DNA of 27,570 nucleotides from Bacillota bacterium (GTDB lineage: Bacteria; Bacillota_I; Bacilli_A; RFN20; CAG-826), in the NCBI GenBank assembly GCA_023422095.1, contig JAEZSD010000075.1, positions 1 to 27,570 on the forward strand, read 5' to 3'. The notes beneath the pieces are model-generated. The model was given only the letters and a program-made list of their open reading frames with translations, made no database searches and had not been told where the DNA came from. The first letter of the stretch is position 1. Every line of letters starts with the position of its first letter. Positions 7,851 to 17,198 of this stretch are shown piece by piece. The position numbers and the translations under genes were made by a program.

Positions 7851-8884
7851 TGTTTGTTGTCAATTACAAAGTGACTTCGCCAGGAGTCTTAGAACAATTT
7901 ATTGAAAATCTAGAGTATCAAGATAAGGTTCTTGTCTCAGTGGAAAGAATGGCGATTTGCAAAGCGGATATCCGCTACTTTCTTGGCAATCGCGATAGAT
8001 TTGTTTTAGACCATAAATATCCTCTCACCCCAATTCACGAAGCTGTAGGCATAGTCGTAAAAGACCCAACAGGCAACTTTAAGCCTGGAGATAAAGTGAT
8101 ATTGATTCCTAACTCGATTGATTCAACCTTGTGCCCAACTTGTCCTCATCAAAGATGTTTTAATGAAGAGATGGGCAATAACTATTGTCCTTTTGCCACC
8201 TTTAGAAGTAGCAACGCAGATGGATTTTTAAGAAAATTCTACGCTTGTGAACCCGCTTTATTGGTTAAGTATTCTCCCGATGTCGATCCAAGCGTGGCAG
8301 TCTATAGTGAGCTATTGAGTGTCGCTAATGCCGCATGCCGTAGAATTGATTTTTCCAAGGCGAAAAAAATAGCAATATTTGGGGATGGAATTATGGCTTA
8401 TGTAGTATATATGGTCATCCGCCATATTTACAAAAGAGACCTAACTATCTTTGGAATTGATGAGAATAAACTCGCAATGTTTAAAGAAGCAAAGGCAATC
8501 ACAATTAACGACTATGATAACTACCCTTTTGATACTCTCATTGAGTGTGTCGGAGGTAAATTTAGCGAAACCGCCATTAATCAAATGATTGATATCGCTC
8601 AGGTCGGAGCCGATCTCATTCTGATGGGTGTCAGCGAAGGCGGTGCAAACATTAATACTCGTAAAATTCTTGAAAAAGGGTTGAATCTCAAGGGAATAAC
8701 TCGGAGTTCCCGACTCGACTTCGAAACTGTTGCGAAAGCCCTAGATAATAAAGAATTACAAAAGGCAATTAAACCGATGGTTATTTCTGAGACAACTATC
8801 AAAAGCATTCATGATATCTATCACTGTTATGAAGCCGACATTGCCAATACAAAAGTTATTGGCAAACATATAATGAAGTTTTAA
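7850..8884 (+). CDS. tarJ: Ribulose-5-phosphate reductase (TarJ; Zn-dependent MDR family)
   Basis: AICKADIRYF.G.R, PIHEAVG, KVILIPN, F.SS..DGFLR, GDG, ECVGG, LMGVSE and NTRKILEKGL are TarJ-type motifs. Confidence 0.85.
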   Translation: MFVVNYKVTSPGVLEQFIENLEYQDKVLVSVERMAICKADIRYFLGNRDRFVLDHKYPLTPIHEAVGIVVKDPTGNFKPGDKVILIPNSIDSTLCPTCPHQRCFNEEMGNNYCPFATFRSSNADGFLRKFYACEPALLVKYSPDVDPSVAVYSELLSVANAACRRIDFSKAKKIAIFGDGIMAYVVYMVIRHIYKRDLTIFGIDENKLAMFKEAKAITINDYDNYPFDTLIECVGGKFSETAINQMIDIAQVGADLILMGVSEGGANINTRKILEKGLNLKGITRSSRLDFETVAKALDNKELQKAIKPMVISETTIKSIHDIYHCYEADIANTKVIGKHIMKF

Positions 8885-8888
8885 AAAC

Positions 8889-8926
8889 AAAAAACAGCGC
8901 AATTTCCAATTAAACGCTGTTTTTTT
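8889..8926. terminator. Bidirectional intrinsic terminator between the convergent tarJ and cysQ genes
   Basis: AAAAAACAGCG...CGCTGTTTTTTT, with A/T tracts on both sides. Confidence 0.8.
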
Positions 8927-8929
8927 CTT

Positions 8930-9706
8930 TTATAGAAGGATGTTTTCTTTGCGATTAGCAACAATATAGCCTTTACGATTATATACATCTTTTCGGTTAT
9001 ATGTTATTTCTTTTCCGTCTGGCTCAATGAATAAGCCACCAGCTTCAATTACAATAATTTGACTTGCAGCAGTATCCCATTCTTTGGTGCCGGAGCTCAT
9101 GCGATATGTGATTTCTGCTAAGCCATGAGCAATGCGGCAGGGCTTTAAAGATGAGCCGTATTTTTGGATGTGTTTTATCTTGTCAGAATGTTTTTCAATA
9201 AGAGCTCTTTCAATATCATTGGAATGGAAGACACTACAAAGAACAGTGAGATCATCTATTTTATCATTAACATGGATCTTTTGGTCGTGCCCATTATTAC
9301 GATAGAAGGCGCCATGGTTTTCGGAAGCGTAATAAATTTCACCCGTTAAAGGAACAACGACAATTCCAACAACTATTTTATGCTTGTAGGATAATGCGAT
9401 ATTGGTAGTGAAACCTCCGTCTCTCGCGACGAAATCTTTTGTTCCATCAACAGGATCAACGATCCAAACATAATCATTATTTAGTCTTGAAATATCGTCT
9501 TCGCTTTCTTCGGTCAAAAAGGCGTAATTTGGAAAAGCTTTTCCTAATATTTCACGAATAATTTTGTCAGCATTTTTATCAGCTAAAGTGACGGGAGAAT
9601 TGTCTTCTTTTATTTCAACATCAAAGTTTTGATTATAAATGACAAGGATTTCCTTTTGAGCGGCTAGGCCTGCCTCAATAGCGACCTGAAGTTCTTTTTC
9701 CCACAT
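8930..9706 (-). CDS. cysQ: 3'(2'),5'-bisphosphate nucleotidase CysQ / inositol monophosphatase family
   Basis: KEDNSPVTLAD, LTEE, WIVDPVDGTKDF, GSSLK.C, EWDTAA. Confidence 0.82.
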   Translation of the reverse strand: MWEKELQVAIEAGLAAQKEILVIYNQNFDVEIKEDNSPVTLADKNADKIIREILGKAFPNYAFLTEESEDDISRLNNDYVWIVDPVDGTKDFVARDGGFTTNIALSYKHKIVVGIVVVPLTGEIYYASENHGAFYRNNGHDQKIHVNDKIDDLTVLCSVFHSNDIERALIEKHSDKIKHIQKYGSSLKPCRIAHGLAEITYRMSSGTKEWDTAASQIIVIEAGGLFIEPDGKEITYNRKDVYNRKGYIVANRKENILL

Positions 9707-9712
9707 AGTTAA

Positions 9713-10669
9713 TTAGTTCTCCTTATTGAAATTTCGGATTGACTCATCTAAGTCACAAATGACTTGATTAATTAAGGAAGGCTCTGAATTTGGTAGAGTT
9801 ACTCCCGCGGCAAGAACATGTCCACCACCACCATATTTTAGAGCGATAGGCTGCACAGCAGGACCATTGCTTCGGAATTCAACGTGGTTAGTTCCATCTT
9901 CGTTTTCGACAAAGAATACCCAAATTGGATACCCTTTTATATTGCCTATCAAATTGACCATACTTCCAGCTTTGCTGGCGGAAAGATGGTAGGTAGCTAG
10001 TTGTTCTTTATTTATTAGCAAATAAATTACCCCATCTTTAGTTTTTTGGTAGCGCGAAAATACAAAACCTTTGAAGCCTAACGATTTTTCTTCAGTTATA
10101 TTAAGAATGCGATTGAGTCCTGTTGGATCGGCACCTTGTTCACACAACCAAGCAACTTGGCGAAACGCTCTTGGATAATCGGTAATGTATTGGAACCTTC
10201 CAGTGTCAGTGAGAATTCCAAGAAAAAGGGCATCCGCAACAACATTGTTGATCTTAAGATTTGCTTCAACGATAAAATCGGCGATAAGCTCACAGGTTGA
10301 ATTTGCTTCTTCTTTCACAACAAAGAATCCTTCAGTGAAAGTTCCATTATCAACATGATGATCGATTTTAACCCAAGCCAATGCTTTTTTGATTCGTTGG
10401 TCTTCCATACGAGAAATGTCATTTCCATCTACCAAAATAGCAAGTGACTTAGTCATTGTCGCATCATCAACTTGGTCTAGAGTACCAAGTTTAGAAAAGA
10501 AAACCGGAACGCCGCTTCCCACGGCATTTATAATCTTGTCAGGAAAAGTTAAACGAAGAGAGTCCCGTAATCCGATTTGTGCACCATAGCAATCTCCATC
10601 TGGATTGATGTGGCCAAAGATGGTTATCGTATCATGCTTTTTTATTTGTTCTAGAATTTTCTCAAACAT
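9713..10669 (-). CDS. nrnA: DHH/DHHA1 bifunctional oligoribonuclease / pAp phosphatase NrnA
   Basis: H.NPDGD, IDHH, GILTDTGRF, and FRS...GGGGH..AAG motifs. Confidence 0.88.
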   Translation of the reverse strand: MFEKILEQIKKHDTITIFGHINPDGDCYGAQIGLRDSLRLTFPDKIINAVGSGVPVFFSKLGTLDQVDDATMTKSLAILVDGNDISRMEDQRIKKALAWVKIDHHVDNGTFTEGFFVVKEEANSTCELIADFIVEANLKINNVVADALFLGILTDTGRFQYITDYPRAFRQVAWLCEQGADPTGLNRILNITEEKSLGFKGFVFSRYQKTKDGVIYLLINKEQLATYHLSASKAGSMVNLIGNIKGYPIWVFFVENEDGTNHVEFRSNGPAVQPIALKYGGGGHVLAAGVTLPNSEPSLINQVICDLDESIRNFNKEN

Positions 10670-11052
10670 TAAAGGGTGTCAACTTCCTCTTCGCTTTCAA
10701 CGGGTAAATCTTCTTCAACTTTTTTCTCTTCGAATATTTCGTTATATTCTTTTTCTTCGATTTCCTCTTCTTCATCGTCATCCGCAGCTTCAACATCGCT
10801 GTAGACATCTTTCATGTCGATGTGGACTTTATCAAAGGTGTGGCGACTGCGAAGATCCCAGGTGTTTTCACCTAAGGTGACAAATCTTCCGTCCAATACT
10901 AAATTAGTGTAGAAACGGCTGATTTTTCTGTCCAATTCCTCTTTGGTGAGATCAGATTGTTTCGCGATGTACTCGCAAATTTCAGCGAACGGTACTGGTT
11001 CGCTTTGGGTACTTATGAATTCATAAGTGAGGTCTAATAATGATTTTGGCAT
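10669..11052 (-). CDS. rpoE: DNA-directed RNA polymerase delta subunit
   Basis: FYTNLVLDGRFVTLGENTWDLR motif and an acidic C-terminal tail. Start at ATG 11052 after SD GAAGGAGA. Confidence 0.92.
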   Translation of the reverse strand: MPKSLLDLTYEFISTQSEPVPFAEICEYIAKQSDLTKEELDRKISRFYTNLVLDGRFVTLGENTWDLRSRHTFDKVHIDMKDVYSDVEAADDDEEEEIEEKEYNEIFEEKKVEEDLPVESEEEVDTL

Positions 11053-11068
11053 ATTTTCTCCTTCTCCT

Positions 11069-12688
11069 TTACATTTTTTGGGGAGCACTAACACCGACTA
11101 ACTTGAGGGCGTTTTTTAATACTTGTTTGCTTGCTAAGCAAAGTGCTAAGCGTGAACCGCTGACTGATGGGTTTTCAGAATCTATTACTCTACATTCAGT
11201 ATAAAAGTGATGAACACCTTCTGCTAAATCATGAATGTAGTTAGTAATCTTGTAAGGGGCTCTTTCTCTAGCGGCGTCTTGAACAACGCTTTGGAATTGG
11301 AAGAGTTGCTTTAATAAGGCTGTTTCGCTTTCCTTTTCAAGCTTTTCTCCGGATAAATCGAGAGCGATATCTTTACCTTGCTCTAAGATTGAACTTAATC
11401 GAGCATGAGCATACTGAGCATAGTAGACAGGATTATTCGCACTTTGCTCGACTGCTAAGTCCATATCGAAATCGAGGTGGCCAGTGCTTGCGCGCATCGC
11501 GAAGAGATAGCGGGTGGAATCAACGCCAACCTCTTCGAATAATTCTCTCAAAGTGATGGCGTTGCCTGTTCTTTTAGATGCTTTAATTTCAACACCATTT
11601 TTAATTATCCGCACCATCTGAATGAGTTCAATTTCTAGAACATCAGCGGAATATCCATGCATCATTAATGCACTTTTCATACGGTTAATATAGCCATGAT
11701 GATCGGCTCCGAGAACATCTATTAATAAATCATATCCACGAGATAATTTATCAACATGATAGACAATGTCAGGCATGAAATAGGTATATTGCCCATCGCT
11801 CTTTTTTATAACCCGATCCTTGTCATCGAGATAGTCTGTCGTTTTTAAAACAAGGGCATTTCCATCTTGATAAATGTGGGGTTTCAAGAAATCTAGTTCT
11901 TTCTCGATGGCTCCATTACTGCGAACCTTTAATTCGCTTGAAAAAACATCAAAAACAATACCAAAGTCGCGTAAATCTTGTTTAATTCTGTCTAATTCAA
12001 GAGCCATTCCTCGTTGTTTAAAATAAGAAATTGGGTCATCCATACTCAAAGCTTTATCGCCAACTTCTTTTATAATTTGCGCAGCAATATGTTTGATGTC
12101 TTCACCATGATAACCATCTTCTGGGATTGGTGTATCCAACCCTAATTGTTGTTGATAACGGGCTTGAATGGATTCGGCTAGATGAGTGATTTGATTACCG
12201 GCGTCATTGATATAATATTCGCGAGTAACTTGATAACCAGCAAATGACAAAATGCGACAAATCGAATCTCCGATAGCGGCTCCACGAGCGTGGCCAACAT
12301 GAAGTTCACCAGTTGGATTTGCGCTAACAAATTCTACATTAATTTTTTTATTTTTCGAATCGCCTTTTCCATAATTATCACCTTGTTCGACAATCTTGGA
12401 AATAACGGCTTGAAGAGAATCATTTTTGATAAAAAAATTGATGAAACCTGGTCCGGCAATTTCAATTTTTTCAATGCTTTCCATATCGAGGCGATCGATA
12501 ATATCCTGAGCAACTTCGCGAGGTGATTTTCCAAAAAGGCGACTTTTTTTCATCGCAATGTTGGTGGCATAGTCACCATGGGCAGTATCTCGGCCATGTT
12601 CAATTACAATTTCTTCAAGAGAAACCGATTGACCTAGGTCAATGATTGCCTTTTGAATCTTATCTTTTAAAATTTGCTCAATATTCAT
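11069..12688 (-). CDS. argS: Arginine--tRNA ligase
   Basis: HGDYATN, IAGPGFINF, EFVSANPTGELHVGH (HIGH), GADHHGY, ASKRTG, NPVYYAQYAHAR. Confidence 0.97.
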   Translation of the reverse strand: MNIEQILKDKIQKAIIDLGQSVSLEEIVIEHGRDTAHGDYATNIAMKKSRLFGKSPREVAQDIIDRLDMESIEKIEIAGPGFINFFIKNDSLQAVISKIVEQGDNYGKGDSKNKKINVEFVSANPTGELHVGHARGAAIGDSICRILSFAGYQVTREYYINDAGNQITHLAESIQARYQQQLGLDTPIPEDGYHGEDIKHIAAQIIKEVGDKALSMDDPISYFKQRGMALELDRIKQDLRDFGIVFDVFSSELKVRSNGAIEKELDFLKPHIYQDGNALVLKTTDYLDDKDRVIKKSDGQYTYFMPDIVYHVDKLSRGYDLLIDVLGADHHGYINRMKSALMMHGYSADVLEIELIQMVRIIKNGVEIKASKRTGNAITLRELFEEVGVDSTRYLFAMRASTGHLDFDMDLAVEQSANNPVYYAQYAHARLSSILEQGKDIALDLSGEKLEKESETALLKQLFQFQSVVQDAARERAPYKITNYIHDLAEGVHHFYTECRVIDSENPSVSGSRLALCLASKQVLKNALKLVGVSAPQKM

Positions 12689-12702
12689 ATATTTGACACT
12701 TA

Positions 12703-12730
12703 ATTATACTTATAATAAAGTATAAGACAA
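12703..12730 (-). promoter_or_regulatory. Sigma-A promoter for argS-rpoE-nrnA-cysQ
   Basis: TTGTCT-N16-TATAAT, 14 nt before the ATG. Confidence 0.55.
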
Positions 12731-12731
12731 G

Positions 12732-13205
12732 TTATTTCCCCTCCAACAATACGATTGCATCTGCTTGTACGGCTTTTTTCTGTCCAATTGAATCCATTTT
12801 TTCATTAGTTCCAACTTTGACCGAAACGCAAGATATGTCGATGTTAAGCAAATGAGCGAGATTATTTCTCATTGCAATTTTATAATCTTTTAGTTTTGGT
12901 TCTTCTAAGCGGATTGAGACATCAACGTTTCCCACATAATAGCCAAGATCATTCATTAGTTTAACGACATGGGCAACAAGTTCAGCACTATTGATTCCAT
13001 TATATTTTGAGTCTGATGTTGGAAAATGATCACCTAAATCACCGAGAGCCAATGCGCCTAAAATGGCTTCTGAAACAGCGTGATAAACTACATCTCCATC
13101 CGAATGAGCAAGTTCACCAAAAGGGGCAGGCACAACAACTCCTGCAAGAATTAGTTTCCGATTTGGCACCAGTTGATGAATGTCGCTTGCAAAACCTATC
13201 TTCAT
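12732..13205 (-). CDS. ispF: 2-C-methyl-D-erythritol 2,4-cyclodiphosphate synthase
   Basis: DIH, AHSDGDVVYHA, GDLGDHFP, NVDV and VSVK motifs. Start at ATG 13205, just after the ychF stop. Confidence 0.9.
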   Translation of the reverse strand: MKIGFASDIHQLVPNRKLILAGVVVPAPFGELAHSDGDVVYHAVSEAILGALALGDLGDHFPTSDSKYNGINSAELVAHVVKLMNDLGYYVGNVDVSIRLEEPKLKDYKIAMRNNLAHLLNIDISCVSVKVGTNEKMDSIGQKKAVQADAIVLLEGK

Positions 13206-13206
13206 A

Positions 13207-14325
13207 TTATTTCTTTCCTGAGACATTGAATTTGAAAAACATAATGTCTCCATCTTTTGGATAATAACCCTTTCCTTGAGTTTTTAATTTGCCGGCTTCT
13301 TTGACAGCGCTCTCGCTTTTTAGAGAGTTAATGTCATCGTAAGCGTAAACTTCTGCGCAAATAAATCCTCTTTGAAAGTCAGTGTGAATGATACCAGCGC
13401 ATTCTGGGGCAGACATTCCATTTTGGAATGTCCAAGCGCGACATTCGTCCGCTCCGACAGTAAAAAATGTCGAGAGATTAAGGAGATTATAAGTGGCTCT
13501 AATAAGTCGAGCTAAACCTGATTCGTGAATATTTAAATCTTGTAAGAACATTTGTTGTTCTTCCTTTGAAAGACTGGAAATTTCGCTTTCAATTTGGCAA
13601 GAAACAGGGATGACTTCGTTTCCTTCTTTGTGGGCATGTTCTACCACTAGTTGGTAAAAGGAAGAATTCGATGGGTTTGCCAAATCCGTTTCACTAACAT
13701 TAGCGACATAGATAATTGGTTTTTTGGTTAAGAAATGGAAATTGTTCCGACATAGTAATTCCTGTTCCTCGTTGAGGGAAACACTGCGAGCCGGAAGCCC
13801 TTGTTCAAGAGCGTTTTTGATTAGGGTTAAGACACCCATTTCAAAAATGGAATCCTTGTCTTTTAGGATACGAGCTTTATTTTCAATTTTTTCGATTCTT
13901 TTGCTTACAGTTTCATAGTCCGCCATGACAAGTTCGAGATTAATAATTTCAATATCCCTAATTGGGTCGACACTTGTTTCGACATGGACAATATCAGGAT
14001 CTTCAAAACATCGTACTACTTCCACAATTGCATCGCATTCGCGAATATGCGATAGAAATTGGTTACCCAATCCTTCACCTTTTGATGCCCCGCGAACTAA
14101 TCCGGCTATATCGTAGAATTCAATAGTGGCGGGCACTCTTTTTAAGGGTTTAAATAAGTTAGTTAAAAAATCCAATCGATCATCAGGAACTGCAACTACT
14201 CCAGTGTTGGGATTGATAGTGGCAAAAGGATAGTTGGCAGCTTCGACATGGGAATTAGTAATAGCGTTAAAAAGAGTTGATTTTCCAACATTTGGCAAAC
14301 CGACAATTCCTGCTTTCAAACCCAT
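13207..14325 (-). CDS. ychF: Ribosome-binding ATPase YchF
   Basis: GIVGLPNVGKSTLFNA, ANYPFATI, DIAGLVRGAS.GEGLGNQFL, AGIIHTDF. Confidence 0.97.
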   Translation of the reverse strand: MGLKAGIVGLPNVGKSTLFNAITNSHVEAANYPFATINPNTGVVAVPDDRLDFLTNLFKPLKRVPATIEFYDIAGLVRGASKGEGLGNQFLSHIRECDAIVEVVRCFEDPDIVHVETSVDPIRDIEIINLELVMADYETVSKRIEKIENKARILKDKDSIFEMGVLTLIKNALEQGLPARSVSLNEEQELLCRNNFHFLTKKPIIYVANVSETDLANPSNSSFYQLVVEHAHKEGNEVIPVSCQIESEISSLSKEEQQMFLQDLNIHESGLARLIRATYNLLNLSTFFTVGADECRAWTFQNGMSAPECAGIIHTDFQRGFICAEVYAYDDINSLKSESAVKEAGKLKTQGKGYYPKDGDIMFFKFNVSGKK

Positions 14326-14354
14326 AATTCAATACACCCACTTATAGCGTGTAT

Positions 14355-14382
14355 ATTATATACGCGTGTAAAAGAAAAACAA
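14355..14382 (-). promoter_or_regulatory. Sigma-A promoter for ychF-ispF
   Basis: TTGTTT-N16-TATAAT on the minus strand. Confidence 0.5.
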
Positions 14383-14390
14383 AGCCATCT

Positions 14391-17198
14391 TTAACTCTTT
14401 AAACCTTCTAGTGGCGACAATGAAGCCACTTTTCTAGCAATAAAAAAGGTAGAAATCATCGAAACGACAAAGAAAACAACAAACATATAAATGATACTTA
14501 GCGGGTTAAAGGAGAATACAAAATCAAGCTGTGTGAAAAATGACATCTCTTGGTTGAGAATGAAAATGAAAATCACTAATTCAATCACCGATAATCCGAA
14601 AGATATTAACCCAGTCAAAATACTATGAGAATACAGAAACTTTTTGGCTTCCTTTTTATCGGCTCCTAAGCATAGCGCAAGTCCGATGTCTCTTTTATTT
14701 TCATAGACATGGAGGTAATTAGTTATCGTCAATAAAAGAGTAGAAATAACTAAAGAGATAATAGAGAATATTGCTAAAGCAATTTCTATATAATGGCAGA
14801 TTTGATCAATGCTCTGATTAATCTTTTCAAGGGGGTTAACTATTGAGTATTGAGGAAAGGCTCGCGAAAGCTGTTTTATTGCTCGATTACATTTCAAAGA
14901 ATTTTCGACATTATAAGTAATTGTTTCAATTTGTAAGTCAAAACAACTAACTGACAATCGCGATTGAAAAAAACCGATTGGCCAATATGAATCGTGAAAT
15001 ACTACGGCTTTGGGAGATTCAACTAGTCCCACTACTTTGACTTCGCTGAAAATGAAATCACGAACGAGATTTCCTTGTTGATTGATCTTTTCAAAAGAGG
15101 TAAAAGCAACATGAAGATTTTTATTAATAACGCTTTGACTTCCAAAAAGAGATTTTGCCATTTTTGTCGATATGACAACTTCATCAAGAGATTGAGGTTT
15201 TTTACCGCTGAAAAGAGTCTTTGACAAAGGACGGAATATCACTCCATTTTGAGAAGTTTGACTATAATGACCAGAAACTATTTTTGTAGGCAAATTGATT
15301 GATTCGCTCTCTGACAAAGTTACCTTTCTTAAACCATCAATTGTTTCATTAAGCAACTCGATATCGAAAGAAAAGTATGTTGGTCTTGAAAAGCCAATCA
15401 TCAAAGATGATGGATATGCAACATAACCCCCTGATGAGCAAAATAATTCATCATAAATATCAGGGCTGTTTTCTTGAAAGAAGGAATTGTAACGCCCGGG
15501 AATTGAATTTTTTGTCCTCGCAAAAAACAACACTCGTGAACGCTCTTTAACTGTTTTATTTTTATATAGCCATGGGTAATATTCTAAGCTGGCAATTTCC
15601 AGTAAAGATGCGTCGAAAAGAGGGGAGAAAAAAGCTTCTTTTAGAAATTCATCACAATGGCTTCCTGTTTCAAAATAATAGAGTTTTTTAATCTTCCAGG
15701 GAACATCGCTAACCATGTCGATTCTATCGTCAGTTGGGAATCTCATACAGTTCTCAAAAAGGTATTCATTCCATAGATGATTGCTATGATAAATGACTGG
15801 TTTATTTTCTAGAATAAAACCCACCATGCTTATCAACTGTTGATCGCTATATTGCCACTCATTATTGGCAAAATCAAAATAAAATGTTATAGCTTTATTT
15901 TTTAAATAATTGGACAAAGATGTGACAGTTCTTTCGATTTTAAGAGCAAAGCAGATGTCTTCAATCATCTGAATGTTTAATCCAAAAACAGCTTCATCGT
16001 TTTCTAAATATTCAATTGTGGAGGGATAGATGTTTTTGGCGTTTTCCAACCATATAAATTCGTTGATACTTCTTGAACTTAGTCCTTCAATTCGATTGTT
16101 GTAATTTCCTTCTTGGACATATATGTCATCGCTGTCTTTAAAAAAGCTTTCAAAGTCGCAATAGTAAGTAACTCCAATATCTTCAATATATTGGGGATAC
16201 TTAAGAGCAATTTCCTGGGCTTCATAGTAACTTCCGGCGTATCTACCATACATTGATGGCTTGTTTTCTTTGCATGAAATCATTATTTTGGTTTCGTCGA
16301 CAAGAGAAGAATAAACAGACTTAATGTTTTTCGATATTGACTGAGCAACACTGCTGCCAATTCCGATGCCGATTAGACCAAAAGACATTATCATACATGT
16401 AAAAATATTCCTCCATTTTCGAGTTTTCATTTTTGAGATTGAATGACGAAAAAGAAACAAAAAGGGGATGGTGAACTTTATTTTCTTGCAATCTTTATTT
16501 TTGCACACGGGGTAGAAAACATCGTGGCTGCGCTTTTTTGATTCTTCTTTTGCAACCACTTCGCCATCTTTCATGATGACGATTTTATCAGCATATCGTG
16601 TCATTAAATCCAAATCGTGAGAAACAACCACCACTAACGATTTATGAGAAATTTTTTCTAAGATAGCCATTATTTCTTCGCCATTTACTTTATCAAGACT
16701 CCCTGTTGGTTCATCAGCAAGAATAATTTTGGGATCGTTAACTAAAGCTCGAGCTATGGCTACCCTTTGCTTTTCTCCTCCGCTTAATTTGTTCACGCTG
16801 GAAGAAAGTTTGCATTTCAACCCAACCACATTCGCCAAATCAAAACTTTTGCTTTTTTTCCTCTCCTTTTTATCGTTGCTAATCATATCAAGAGGTAAAA
16901 GGATATTTTGCTTTACGGATTCACAGTCATATAGTTTGAAATCTTGAAAAACAAAGCCATAACTAGTTAGGCGAAATTGGTTCATCTCGCTCTCAGATAA
17001 GGTGCCGATGTTTTTATTGCCAATGCATATCTGCCCGCGAAAATCGCATAGTCCAGCAACGCAGTTTAAAAGAGTCGTTTTTCCGCAACCTGAGGGTCCT
17101 ACAATGGCAATCAAACCAGTTTCAGGAAACGACAAGTTAATGTTAGTAAGAACGCATTCTTTGTCATACTTCTTATATAGATACTTTATTTCAATCAT
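14391..17198 (-). CDS. Fused ABC transporter ATPase/permease (MacB/FtsX-like), large form
   Basis: Walker [22 protein letters not shown] and SHD; one TM helix, a large extracytoplasmic domain, then three C-terminal TM helices. ATG 17198 is preferred over GTG 17201 on SD (AGGAG) spacing. Confidence 0.88.
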   Translation of the reverse strand: MIEIKYLYKKYDKECVLTNINLSFPETGLIAIVGPSGCGKTTLLNCVAGLCDFRGQICIGNKNIGTLSESEMNQFRLTSYGFVFQDFKLYDCESVKQNILLPLDMISNDKKERKKSKSFDLANVVGLKCKLSSSVNKLSGGEKQRVAIARALVNDPKIILADEPTGSLDKVNGEEIMAILEKISHKSLVVVVSHDLDLMTRYADKIVIMKDGEVVAKEESKKRSHDVFYPVCKNKDCKKIKFTIPFLFLFRHSISKMKTRKWRNIFTCMIMSFGLIGIGIGSSVAQSISKNIKSVYSSLVDETKIMISCKENKPSMYGRYAGSYYEAQEIALKYPQYIEDIGVTYYCDFESFFKDSDDIYVQEGNYNNRIEGLSSRSINEFIWLENAKNIYPSTIEYLENDEAVFGLNIQMIEDICFALKIERTVTSLSNYLKNKAITFYFDFANNEWQYSDQQLISMVGFILENKPVIYHSNHLWNEYLFENCMRFPTDDRIDMVSDVPWKIKKLYYFETGSHCDEFLKEAFFSPLFDASLLEIASLEYYPWLYKNKTVKERSRVLFFARTKNSIPGRYNSFFQENSPDIYDELFCSSGGYVAYPSSLMIGFSRPTYFSFDIELLNETIDGLRKVTLSESESINLPTKIVSGHYSQTSQNGVIFRPLSKTLFSGKKPQSLDEVVISTKMAKSLFGSQSVINKNLHVAFTSFEKINQQGNLVRDFIFSEVKVVGLVESPKAVVFHDSYWPIGFFQSRLSVSCFDLQIETITYNVENSLKCNRAIKQLSRAFPQYSIVNPLEKINQSIDQICHYIEIALAIFSIISLVISTLLLTITNYLHVYENKRDIGLALCLGADKKEAKKFLYSHSILTGLISFGLSVIELVIFIFILNQEMSFFTQLDFVFSFNPLSIIYMFVVFFVVSMISTFFIARKVASLSPLEGLKS

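Noticed and set aside
12689..12731. T-box leader for argS
   Set aside because: The gap is only 43 bp and has no T-box consensus.
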